Shown one piece after another: positions 49,821-59,470 of a stretch of DNA of 64,000 nucleotides. The stretch is from the IMG/VR virus record IMGVR_UViG_3300042691_041718, positions 1-64,000 of that record. One strand, written 5' to 3'. The notes under the pieces are model-generated. The model did not search any database. It had not been told where the DNA came from and saw nothing but the letters and a program-made list of their open reading frames with translations. This stretch comes from a virus. The first letter of the stretch is position 1; each line of letters starts with the position of its first letter. The position numbers were made by a program, and so were the translations under genes.

Positions 49821-49943
49821 CGCTCTTTTTTTTAGTTTCTTATTTATAATACAAATATAGATATTATTTATTTATCCACAAAATTATTTAGAATTATTTT
49901 AAATAAAAAATTTAAGTAAGTTTTATAATTTAATATATATGTT

Positions 49944-52181
49944 ATGCAAATAAAATATGACGAGTTAGCTGGTAAAATATTAATATCAAATAAATTTGAT
50001 ATAACAGCTTCTGCTACAGCATCAAATGCTACTCCTATATTTACAAGTATAGATAGTGAATATATTTTATCTTTTCCAAATTTACAAAATGTTAAGAGAT
50101 TTACAAAATTTAGTTATGATACTTTAGGATTAACACCAACTAGATATTTAAAACATTATTATAGAATATCTAGAAATGGTTATGATTGGTCTGCTTGGTT
50201 AGATTTAACAAAATATTTTGAAAACTTTCCTGATTGGTCGGCTGCATTTCCGATGTATTTAGAGATTAAATGGGTTAGAACTGGTACTTCTGATATTGGA
50301 AATGTTAAGCTTTTGGAATATTCATTAGAGGGTGAATTAGAAAGAGAAGAAGTAACCGATGGTTCGACAATAAGTATTGCATCTGGTAAAACAATTATAA
50401 TGAAAGCTCCTTTTATTTATAAAGTTTTTAGAATAACTGATATAGAAATAATATCTGGTAGTAACTTAACTAATGTTGATATTAAATATAGATTTTCACA
50501 AGATAATAGTAAAACATGGTCTAACTGGGAGTTTTTAACAACACAAAACATTTCAACATTGAGAATAAATCCAATTAGATTTTTTCAAATAGAATATAGT
50601 ATAACAAATAACTCAAATTCAACAGTAACTATACAAGATATTAACTTAATTGGTGACTTTCAAAATGTTAGTAAAGATTATTTTAAAACAAATTTATTTG
50701 GAATTAGAGAATGTTGTCAGTCTAATATGTTGGGTTACACAGACGCTAACGGGAATTTTGTACCAGCTTCAAATACAACAGGTATTAATGGTCAGAATTG
50801 TGCTACGGATGGTAGTAATTTACCTCAGTTATCAACTGATGATAAAGCAAATCTATATAATCCATATCAACAAAATTCAGCAATGAATTTACTACAAAAG
50901 TTAAGTAATGATGCTCAACAAGTATTTGGTCATAAAGTAATTTATTTTGCTACAGATCCAGATAAAAAAGGTGAAGATAAAATATTTAATGAATATCAAT
51001 TATATAATGTTGTTTGTCAAGGAGATTTAAAAGTTTCTGTCGATCAAAACAACTTTCCTGACTCTCAAATAGTGATGAATCAATTTGATTTAAATCTATT
51101 TGAAACTATGCAGGTTCATATAACTAAGCAACAGTTTAAAGAAATATTTGGTCCACAAAGAAGACCAGCTAAAGAAGATTTTCTTTATTTCTGTGACATA
51201 AATAGATTATTTACAGTAGATCATGCACAGCAATTTAGAAATTTTAACAACTCTGCTGTTTATTACAAATTAATATTGAAAAAATTCAACAAATCAGCAA
51301 ATATCAATTACTCTAATAATGATGTTAAACAAACTGTTGATAAGTTAACTAAGAATAGTACAATTGATGAATTATTCGGGAATGATATTAATGAAGCTAA
51401 AAACGCTATTGCAAATAAAGAACAATTAGCACCTCTTACTAAAGATCCTATAAGACTATCTTATACAGCTGCAATAGATAAAGAGTTAATTGAAAATTCA
51501 TCAACTATTGTATCACGTTCTAATTATGACTTAGCTTCAATTACTTTTGGTGAAGTAGGTGTTCAATATTTGAATATGAGAAATTATTTAAGAGAATCCG
51601 ACAATCTATCATATTATATATGGTTTAATATACATAATTATGTAATAGATGATAATTATAATTTATTTACAAATTATAATGATGCTACAAATCAAGGTTA
51701 TAAATTTGATTTAAAGAATGATAAAATTACAGTTACTTTAAACTCTGATACTTATACTTTTGATTTAATGGGTTATGAGACAAATGATACTGTGGCTTTA
51801 GAAGAAGGAGTTTGGTATTGTTATACTATTAATATTGACCAAAGACAAAGAAAGATTGATCAATGGATTTATAAGAGAAATGTTGATGATGAATCAAGAG
51901 CAGGATCTTTAATTAGTACAATATTAAGAAAAGTGTATTATAACACAACTGATATAACACCATTTGAATATCTAATCGAAAGTGATACAATCAATACTTG
52001 TAAATTGATTGGATCAGATATGAAAGTAACTAATATTAGATTATTTAATGATATTATACCAGAAAGTTATCACAATAAGATACTTAATATGTATATAATA
52101 GGAGATGATTCTAAACACTTAATATTCGCAGATAATGCGAATTCTCGAATTTTTTTACCTAAATTCCCATCTTATGAATAA
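49944..52181 (+). CDS. Extended neck protein with central T4 gp14-like domain
   Basis: FGHKVIYF, QFDL...T..V.I.K..F, RPAKEDFLYF..NRLF.V; late-type promoter. Confidence 0.6.
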   Translation: MQIKYDELAGKILISNKFDITASATASNATPIFTSIDSEYILSFPNLQNVKRFTKFSYDTLGLTPTRYLKHYYRISRNGYDWSAWLDLTKYFENFPDWSAAFPMYLEIKWVRTGTSDIGNVKLLEYSLEGELEREEVTDGSTISIASGKTIIMKAPFIYKVFRITDIEIISGSNLTNVDIKYRFSQDNSKTWSNWEFLTTQNISTLRINPIRFFQIEYSITNNSNSTVTIQDINLIGDFQNVSKDYFKTNLFGIRECCQSNMLGYTDANGNFVPASNTTGINGQNCATDGSNLPQLSTDDKANLYNPYQQNSAMNLLQKLSNDAQQVFGHKVIYFATDPDKKGEDKIFNEYQLYNVVCQGDLKVSVDQNNFPDSQIVMNQFDLNLFETMQVHITKQQFKEIFGPQRRPAKEDFLYFCDINRLFTVDHAQQFRNFNNSAVYYKLILKKFNKSANINYSNNDVKQTVDKLTKNSTIDELFGNDINEAKNAIANKEQLAPLTKDPIRLSYTAAIDKELIENSSTIVSRSNYDLASITFGEVGVQYLNMRNYLRESDNLSYYIWFNIHNYVIDDNYNLFTNYNDATNQGYKFDLKNDKITVTLNSDTYTFDLMGYETNDTVALEEGVWYCYTINIDQRQRKIDQWIYKRNVDDESRAGSLISTILRKVYYNTTDITPFEYLIESDTINTCKLIGSDMKVTNIRLFNDIIPESYHNKILNMYIIGDDSKHLIFADNANSRIFLPKFPSYE

Positions 52182-52228
52182 AGTTTTGGATAATACAAGT
52201 AGGTAGTTATACTTTTTATATATAGTAT

Positions 52229-52975
52229 ATGAAATATGTTACATACTTAGTCACTTATAGTGGATATAAATTGCCTAAATTTTATATAGGATCTACATCG
52301 GAAGAGAAAATAAAATCTGGAAAATATTTTGGTAGTATAAGATCAATTAAATATAGAAAAATATTCTATGATGAAATAGATAATAATATACATTTATTTA
52401 AAATACAAATATTATCATATCATGATACAAGATTAGATGCACTATCAGAAGAATTGAAACTACATATAGAGTTTGATGTAGTTAATTCAAAAGATTATAT
52501 AAATGAGTCTCTTGCAATGGTAAATGGTTTTTTTGGTAGAGATGTCTCTGGTGAAAACCATCCTATGTGGGGAAAGAAACACACGGAAGAAACTAAAAAG
52601 AAATTAAGATTGGCTAGAAAGGATAGAGTAACATCAGATGAGACTAAGAAAAAGATGTCCGAATCACAAAGAGGTAAAGTATTATCAGAAGATACCAAAG
52701 CTAAATTGAGGGATATAAATCTTGGTAAGAAATTATCAAATGAAACTAAGAATAAAATTTCGGATTCGAAAAAAGGTAAAAAATCTTGGAATTATGGAAA
52801 ATCTAAAGATATAATACTACAATTAGATATGGATAATAACCTTATTTGTGAATGGGTAAGTTTAGTTGATATTGAAAAAGCTGGATATCAAAAATCTAAT
52901 GTTATAAATGTTTGTAATGGTAAGAGAAAAACCCATTGTGGTTACAAATGGGTTTATAAATCTGATTATTTTTAA
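52229..52975 (+). mobile_element. Seg-like GIY-YIG homing endonuclease with NUMOD3 repeats and NUMOD1
   Basis: YLVT..FYIGS, YFGS, HTEETKKKL/SEDTKAKL repeats, CNGKRKTHCGYKW. Confidence 0.85.
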
Positions 52976-53151
52976 TTACTATTTTTGTTATTCATTTGTT
53001 GTTTTCTAATTCTCCAAGCTTCTAAGTCCTTCTCCATGAATTTTCTAATCCTTTTAGAGATGTTTATAGAATGTTCATCACAAAATTCTTTATATTCTTC
53101 TAAAAATTTTGCTGGAAGTCTTAATGAAAACATTTTATCTTTTGCTGGCAT
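52972..53151 (-). CDS. Small ribbon-helix-helix-like protein
   Basis: MPAKDKMFSLRLPAKFLEEYKEFCDEHSINISKRIRKFM. Confidence 0.65.
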   Translation of the reverse strand: MPAKDKMFSLRLPAKFLEEYKEFCDEHSINISKRIRKFMEKDLEAWRIRKQQMNNKNSN

Positions 53152-53192
53152 AGTATATACTTTTATTTATTAGTATATATTTAAAAGATATT

Positions 53193-53537
53193 TTAGTTTA
53201 TAAATTTTTCTACATAAGTAACTATTTCACCTGGTTCGAAACCTTTCTCTAATAGAAGAGGAAGAGAAGTATCTTTACACCAAGCATAAACAAGATATCC
53301 TTTGTAATTTTGATTTACAAAGTCCCATCTGGTGTCCCACAGAGATCTGAATATTCCTTTTCTTCGGTGATCCTCATCAACCCAAGCATCTAAGAATTTT
53401 ATCTTTTGATTATTTTCAATAGTCATGAAAATGTGTCCAATAGCCATTTTACTTTCAATGTCATATGCTATCCACATTTCTAAATTTTGTGCGTTTGGTT
53501 TTAAATGCACAACTTCAAATCCCTTTATTTCCTTCAT
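53193..53537 (-). CDS. GNAT-family acetyltransferase
   Basis: WVDEDHRRKGI, LEKGF. Confidence 0.8.
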   Translation of the reverse strand: MKEIKGFEVVHLKPNAQNLEMWIAYDIESKMAIGHIFMTIENNQKIKFLDAWVDEDHRRKGIFRSLWDTRWDFVNQNYKGYLVYAWCKDTSLPLLLEKGFEPGEIVTYVEKFIN

Positions 53538-53558
53538 ATTCTATATATTAAAGAAAAT

Positions 53559-53587
53559 AAAAAAAAGTCTCTGTTTTAGAGACTTTT
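53559..53587 (-). terminator. Intrinsic terminator
   Basis: AAAAAAAAGTCTCT..AGAGACTTTT. Confidence 0.7.
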
Positions 53588-53609
53588 ATAAGAAAATATG
53601 AAAGTTTTT

Positions 53610-53837
53610 TTACTTATTTTTTGATTTTACTTTGTCACAAAATAAAGGTTCGTATGTTACTTTAGTTGCAAAATTCAAAGTATCTCTATCAACACTCGAT
53701 AATGGTAATGGTTTAACTTCTACTTCTTGAGCTCTCTTTGCTAAATATTCATCCATATTGAAATCTTCTGGTAAGAATTCCATATTATAACCAAACTCAT
53801 TTTGTAACTCAATTACTAAATCTTTAATTCTTCCCAT
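53610..53837 (-). CDS. Hypothetical protein
   Basis: Start reassigned to MGRIKDL, downstream of TATATTTG at 53870..53863. Confidence 0.6.
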   Translation of the reverse strand: MGRIKDLVIELQNEFGYNMEFLPEDFNMDEYLAKRAQEVEVKPLPLSSVDRDTLNFATKVTYEPLFCDKVKSKNK

Positions 53838-53891
53838 GACCTTTATTTTTTTGTTTGTTTTACAAATATAATAATTATATTTTAATATATA

Positions 53892-54377
53892 ATGTATAAT
53901 CAAAAATTATTTATGGGAAAGATAGAAAAATATAAAGACTTCGCAAGAAAGTTTCAACACAAGTGGAACCAAGACACTCCAACTGAAATAAATCTACCTA
54001 GTTATTTAGATGAAGAGGAAGAGAAAAAGAAGATTGAGATGGAACAAGAGTTAGAAAATGGAGAAGATGAAATAAGTGAAAGCTATTTAAACTCTAAAGA
54101 ACTAATTTTTACAGGAAAAAGAAATAGAAATTTACAAATAACAGTTGTATTAGATAGTTCAATGAGAATAGAATCAATTGACAATAAAGCTAATATTAGA
54201 TTTCCTTTCCATGTTGGTCAAAGAATAAATAGAAATATTGAGGTTTGGGCTTGTAATAACAACTTCTTATTAAACGGAGAAGATACTTGTCCAGAGAAAA
54301 AGATATTTGGTGTTAGAGCATCTGATGTACCACAAGGTCACGAGTGGAGAAAAATATACCCAGGTAAATTTAAATAA
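53892..54377 (+). CDS. Hypothetical protein
   Basis: Late-type promoter; probable start MGKIEKYKDF. Confidence 0.65.
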   Translation: MYNQKLFMGKIEKYKDFARKFQHKWNQDTPTEINLPSYLDEEEEKKKIEMEQELENGEDEISESYLNSKELIFTGKRNRNLQITVVLDSSMRIESIDNKANIRFPFHVGQRINRNIEVWACNNNFLLNGEDTCPEKKIFGVRASDVPQGHEWRKIYPGKFK

Positions 54378-54769
54378 TGAAACACCTAAGAAAGTTTAAC
54401 GAAAGTATAAATGAGCATCTTGATATAGAATATATCAAACATTGTTTTAATGACTTATCAGATGATCCAGAATGTGATGTAGAATATGATACACATGAAG
54501 ATTATCTACGTGATAATCCAAACGATGAAATCACACTTAATGACGAATATGTTGATTTAACCATAGATATCCCTAGAATAACTAAGGGTGGAACTTTTGA
54601 AAGAATGATTGGTAATTCTGAAAGAATATCACATATTATTAAATCAATTGATATCTCAATCAAAAGATTAAAAGATGAATATCCTAATTATAATATTGAA
54701 ATAAATTACGAAGAGGATGATGATAGACCAAATGACTACTTCCAGATAAATATAAATAATAAAAAATGA
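54377..54769 (+). CDS. Hypothetical protein with CTS-like leader
   Basis: MKHLRKFNE; paralog of 55149. Confidence 0.75.
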   Translation: MKHLRKFNESINEHLDIEYIKHCFNDLSDDPECDVEYDTHEDYLRDNPNDEITLNDEYVDLTIDIPRITKGGTFERMIGNSERISHIIKSIDISIKRLKDEYPNYNIEINYEEDDDRPNDYFQININNKK

Positions 54770-55152
54770 AACACCTAAGAAAATTTAATGAAAGTTTTGA
54801 AGATGAAACTAAATCATATCTAGAAACACTTTTTGCTGATATCTCAGAGAGTGGTTACTATAATGTTAATATTTTGATAGCAAAACCAATAAGAGTGGAA
54901 GGTGTTCAATGTGTTTATGTTGAAGTTAAATTGGAACCTGTTGAAGGTAAATTATGGAATAGATCACCATATGGAAATGCTGGTTTTTTAAAAGCGTCAA
55001 TTGAAAATGAGATGGAAATATTAAGAATTAAACAAGAAACACTTAATAGTATAAACGCCATAATTAAAGATATAGAAAGTGAAGGAAATGAAGTTAACTT
55101 CATTGTAAATAGAATTGGTGAGTTAAAAATAAATATTGAATATAAAGTATGA
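54766..55152 (+). CDS. Hypothetical protein with CTS-like leader
   Basis: MKHLRKFNE. Confidence 0.75.
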   Translation: MKHLRKFNESFEDETKSYLETLFADISESGYYNVNILIAKPIRVEGVQCVYVEVKLEPVEGKLWNRSPYGNAGFLKASIENEMEILRIKQETLNSINAIIKDIESEGNEVNFIVNRIGELKINIEYKV

Positions 55153-55571
55153 AACACCTAAGAAAATTTAACGAAAATACCGATAATTCAATTGATGTTG
55201 AGTATATCAAACATTGTTTCACTGATTTAGTGGAATATTCATATAATGAAGATAATGAATGTGGTGAATTCCGTTGGGGCAATTCAGAAACACTTGAAGA
55301 AGTAACCGAAAGTGGAAACCCAACAGATTGTAGAGTATTTATAAATTGTCCTGAGTTAGAAGTGAAATTCACAGCAGATGGATATAAAGGAGAAATATCC
55401 GACTTTATTGAATTTAATAAAATAACAAATGAATTCCTTCTTAAATTGGAAGGTGCTATAAATAACCTAAAAGACGAATATCCTAATTATAAAGTGGAAG
55501 TTTTGTATGAACAACCTTTATTAAGAGGTCATCAAGGATATGATTACTATTGTGTATGTATTAGTTTATAA
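55149..55571 (+). CDS. Hypothetical protein with CTS-like leader
   Basis: MKHLRKFNE; shares EYIKHCF.DL and LKDEYPNY with 54377. Confidence 0.75.
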   Translation: MKHLRKFNENTDNSIDVEYIKHCFTDLVEYSYNEDNECGEFRWGNSETLEEVTESGNPTDCRVFINCPELEVKFTADGYKGEISDFIEFNKITNEFLLKLEGAINNLKDEYPNYKVEVLYEQPLLRGHQGYDYYCVCISL

Positions 55572-56615
55572 TCTTAAACTCTCATTTAATATATAATAAA
55601 TACGATCAATCTGATCATATCTAATTCTTATTATATTAATATAATTATCCTCACAATAATCATTCTTAATCTTATCATTCACCTTTAAACGCTCATAAGC
55701 CTCTAAACCACCAAAATGTTCAATCGGCTCATAATGTTGTTTACCATCAAACTCTATTATAGTTCTGTATTTCGGTAAATAAAAATCAAATGGTAATTGA
55801 AATATATTCTTACAATCAGGAAACTTATGCTGTCTATAATATGAAATATCATTCTTATCCAAATATTTAGAAATTAACTTTTCACCACGAGATTCACTAC
55901 AACTAGGGCAACCATTACCCTGTAAATGTGAAAGTGGAGTTTGATTAAAATCACCATGTATAGGACAAGTAATTATAACCTTAATCTGATTCTTAACATA
56001 ATCAGTTTTATCATAACTAAACTTAAAATCATGAACTAAATTAGCCTCTTGTATAAACTTTTTAGTTGTCTTTCTTACTGATAATTCAATATTCTCTGGT
56101 TTAGAACCACCTATGTGATTATATGGTTTTTGTAAATAATACACACCTTTATATCCTATTAAAACAGGAATATCACCTGATATATATTTAACCATAGAAT
56201 AATCGTATTTATCACCATGTTTATTTATTGATTTTCTTATAAAATTATCTTTGGTTAAATTTTTTTCACAACATTGTCCCTGTAAATGAGAAATAGCGAC
56301 CTGTTCAAATATAAGACCATCATATATTATCTTAACCTTTTTAAGAGCTCCCTTATATTTTACTAATGAATAATCATATTTATCACCCCAAACTTCTTTA
56401 GCTTCTTTAATAAATTGCTCGGTGGTTTTTGTTGGTGTATTTTTCTCTGGACAACGACCCAATGTTATGTGCTTAACAACTTTTTGTCTATATAGTTCAC
56501 CGTTATAGATTATATCTATATCATCAGTTGATAATACTTTATCTTTCAAATTTGGATATTCATATTTATATCCATGCTTATCACGTGCTCTTTCTAAAAA
56601 TTCTTCCCTAGTCAT
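55566..56615 (-). mobile_element. Homing endonuclease with DUF723-like repeats and PD-(D/E)XK C-terminus
   Basis: FI..A..VHG.KYDYS repeats, CPIHG, HL.G.GCP.C, LPFDFYLP..IEFDG.QH. Confidence 0.85.
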
Positions 56616-56732
56616 ATTGTATATATAAATAAATTATTCCCTCCTTGATAATTTATTTTGGAGTTTTTAAAAAAATTTATAAAGGGGGAATTATTTTTTA
56701 ATATATAAAGTATAAAAAAGAATTTAATTAAA

Positions 56733-57956
56733 ATGGCAAAACAAGGAAAAGAAACGAAGAAATTTGAGTTTAGTAAAGTTGGATCAATATTAGATAATAT
56801 TGCAAAATCAGTTCCAATTTTAGTAGAAAAAGAAATTAAAGAAAAACAATTTATAACAACTGGTGTTTATTTATTAGATGCTGCTTTATCTGGTAGATTA
56901 TTAGGGGGTGGTATTGCTACAAATAGAATAACTGCGTTTGCTGGTGAATCAGGTGCTGGTAAGAGCTTTCTTTGTTACTCATGTGCTAAACAAGCTCAGA
57001 AATTAGGATATTCAGTAATATACATTGATACTGAACAGGCTATTGATTTAGAAGACTTACCAAAATTTGGAATTGATAACTCTTTAGATAAATTTAGATT
57101 AGTTAGATCTAATAAAGTAGAAGACGTGAACATAACTTTAACAAAATTGATAGATGAGTTAAAAGAACAAAAACTAGCTGGTTATGAGATGCCTAAATTG
57201 ATGATTGTTTTAGATTCTTTGGGACAAATGGCTTCAAATAAAGAAAAAGAAGATTTATTAAAAGGTGATATTAAACAAGATATGACTAAAGCTAAAGCAC
57301 TTGGTTCTATGTTTAGAAGTATAAATACAGACTTGGGTTACTTAGAAATTCCACTTTTGGTGGCAAACCATACATATCTAACAATGGATCTTTTTCCACA
57401 AGAGCGACTCCGCGGAGGTAATGGTCTACTTTATTCAGCATCTGTAATTGGATTTATGTCAAAAAGTAAATTAAAAACTTCTGAAGAGGATGAAATGGAT
57501 TTAGGTGCTTCCGGTATTACAGTACTTTTCAAAACTCAAAAAAATAGATTGGCAAAACCTAAGAAAATTAGATTTGATATATCTTTTATTCATGGTATGA
57601 ATCCTTACACTGGCTTAGACGCATTTTGTCGTCCAGAATTCTTTGAACAAATTGGTATCGCAAAAGGTAAAGAAGAAGTTGATAAATCAACTGGTGAGAT
57701 TAAGTTTGTTCCTGGTGGAAACCGTTGGTATATTTCTCACTTAGGGAAATCAGTTACAACAAAACAATTATTTACTCAAGAGGTGTTTACACAAGATGTT
57801 TTAGAAAAAATGGCACCAATTGTTAATGATTATTTCAGATTCAAATCATTGGATGAAATTGAAGAGGTTGAAAAACAGTTCAATGAAGTAATGGGTGGAG
57901 ATGATGATGATAATGATGGATATGTTGATAGTGATGCAGCAGATCTATTTGAATAA
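56733..57956 (+). CDS. uvsX: UvsX/RecA-like recombinase
   Basis: GESGAGKS, YIDTE, VLDSLG, NHTY, GG.G..YSAS. Confidence 0.92.
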   Translation: MAKQGKETKKFEFSKVGSILDNIAKSVPILVEKEIKEKQFITTGVYLLDAALSGRLLGGGIATNRITAFAGESGAGKSFLCYSCAKQAQKLGYSVIYIDTEQAIDLEDLPKFGIDNSLDKFRLVRSNKVEDVNITLTKLIDELKEQKLAGYEMPKLMIVLDSLGQMASNKEKEDLLKGDIKQDMTKAKALGSMFRSINTDLGYLEIPLLVANHTYLTMDLFPQERLRGGNGLLYSASVIGFMSKSKLKTSEEDEMDLGASGITVLFKTQKNRLAKPKKIRFDISFIHGMNPYTGLDAFCRPEFFEQIGIAKGKEEVDKSTGEIKFVPGGNRWYISHLGKSVTTKQLFTQEVFTQDVLEKMAPIVNDYFRFKSLDEIEEVEKQFNEVMGGDDDDNDGYVDSDAADLFE

Positions 57957-58000
57957 GAAAGTCGAAGGGTACTTAACCCTAAAAAATAAAATAAAATAAT

Positions 58001-58177
58001 ATGTCAAAACAAGAAGTTTATGAACAATTAAAAGATTTATGGGAAAAATTTGACGCAGCTCATAATGGTAAATTTAAGAAAAACGCTGGTGAAGCAAGAA
58101 AATTCATTGGTGAAATTAAGAAGTTAGCTACTCCTTATAGAGCGGCTTCAGTTGAAGAAGAAAAAGGTGATAAATAA
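58001..58177 (+). CDS. Histone H1-like (Hc1-type) small nucleoid protein
   Basis: KNAGEARKFIGEIKKLATPYRAASVEE resembles Bacteroidota Hc1 helical pattern. Confidence 0.6.
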   Translation: MSKQEVYEQLKDLWEKFDAAHNGKFKKNAGEARKFIGEIKKLATPYRAASVEEEKGDK

Positions 58178-58304
58178 TAAAACTTTTCTACAAAAAGAAT
58201 TTATAATTAATATCTTCTTTCATATTTTCCTTATTTAGAAAAATAAGGTGGTGGAGTCAAATCCAATATTGGATGGCCCAAACACAGAATAGTGTTTTTA
58301 AAAT

Positions 58305-58336
58305 AAAAAAGACCTCAATTTTGAGGTCTTTTTTTT
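58305..58336. terminator. Bidirectional intrinsic terminator
   Basis: AAAAAAGACCTCAA-TT-TTGAGGTCTTTTTT. Confidence 0.85.
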
Positions 58337-58655
58337 ATTTCTTCAACTTCTTAATTTGGTCACGAAGTTCAGCAGCTTTTTCATATTCTTCTTTTTCAAC
58401 TGCTATTTTTAAAGCGGATTCAAGCTCTTTGACATCAATACTCTTTTTGTTTTCAGTGTATGTTTTAACATACGTTGATGTTCCATCCAGGCTAACCCAA
58501 GTTTCTTTTTTAATAGTCATTCCATTAGATTCAAATTCTTCTGTTGTTTTGGTCCAATTTTTATCACCATCTTTTGGATAATTCATTTTATTTTCAAAAA
58601 TATTTTCATTTGAAAATAAATCAACTAAATCAAATAAATAATAAATTTTTCTCAT
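58335..58655 (-). CDS. UVR-domain protein
   Basis: LESALKIAVEKEEYEKAAELRDQIKKL. Confidence 0.8.
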   Translation of the reverse strand: MRKIYYLFDLVDLFSNENIFENKMNYPKDGDKNWTKTTEEFESNGMTIKKETWVSLDGTSTYVKTYTENKKSIDVKELESALKIAVEKEEYEKAAELRDQIKKLKK

Positions 58656-58764
58656 AACTTTTTTTTCTTTTTTTATATAAGTATCTTCAAATTATATGCC
58701 ATTAGACTAATTATGACATTTTGACATAAATATATACATATAATAGATTAAAAATAAGAAAGAT

Positions 58765-58950
58765 ATGACAATTTTTAGGTACTCAAAAGATGGAAAACTT
58801 TACTCAATCATTCAAACTGATAAGGATGGTGTTAAGAGATATACTGCGGTTCCATATGGTCATTCATCTAATCCAATTACTGATTGTGACATAAAAGATT
58901 TCTCTATACAATCAATTAAGAATAATAATAGAAATAGTAGTTTTTTATAA
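58765..58950 (+). CDS. Hypothetical protein
   Basis: 61-aa ORF. Confidence 0.55.
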   Translation: MTIFRYSKDGKLYSIIQTDKDGVKRYTAVPYGHSSNPITDCDIKDFSIQSIKNNNRNSSFL

Positions 58951-58972
58951 TTAATTTTCATATATTTGTAAA

Positions 58973-59470
58973 ATGAAGGTAATATTTTTAGATCATGACG
59001 GAGTGGTTTGTTTAAGTCGTGAATGGAGTAGTCGTTTTCAGAAAAAGAAACGATTTATTCTTGAGGGTGGAGACGAAGATGATATTCCTGCTTACATTCG
59101 TTTAGACAATTTCAATAAGATGGCAGTTGATGTTTTAAATGATATAATATTAACATCTGGTGCTGAGATAGTTTGTTCTAGTGATTGGCGTTTACATGCT
59201 ACGTTAGATGAAATGAAAGATTTATTTCACCGATATGGTGTTATAAAAGGTCCTATTGATTTCACACCAGAACTTCAAACAATCACTAAGAAAGCTGATA
59301 TACGAGTAGATGAAATTAACTTATGGTTAAGTAATCATCCAGAGGTAACACATTGGGTTGCTATTGATGATATGGATTTAAGTGAATTAGATAATTTCGT
59401 TAAAACTCGTGAGCGAGAAGGTTTAAAACAATGTAACATATCAAGTAAGATTTTAAAGTTTTTAGAATGA
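58973..59470 (+). CDS. HAD-family phosphatase (Swiss Army Knife RNA-repair type)
   Basis: IFLDHDGV, IVCSSDWR, R..EI..WL, WVAIDD. Confidence 0.85.
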   Translation: MKVIFLDHDGVVCLSREWSSRFQKKKRFILEGGDEDDIPAYIRLDNFNKMAVDVLNDIILTSGAEIVCSSDWRLHATLDEMKDLFHRYGVIKGPIDFTPELQTITKKADIRVDEINLWLSNHPEVTHWVAIDDMDLSELDNFVKTREREGLKQCNISSKILKFLE

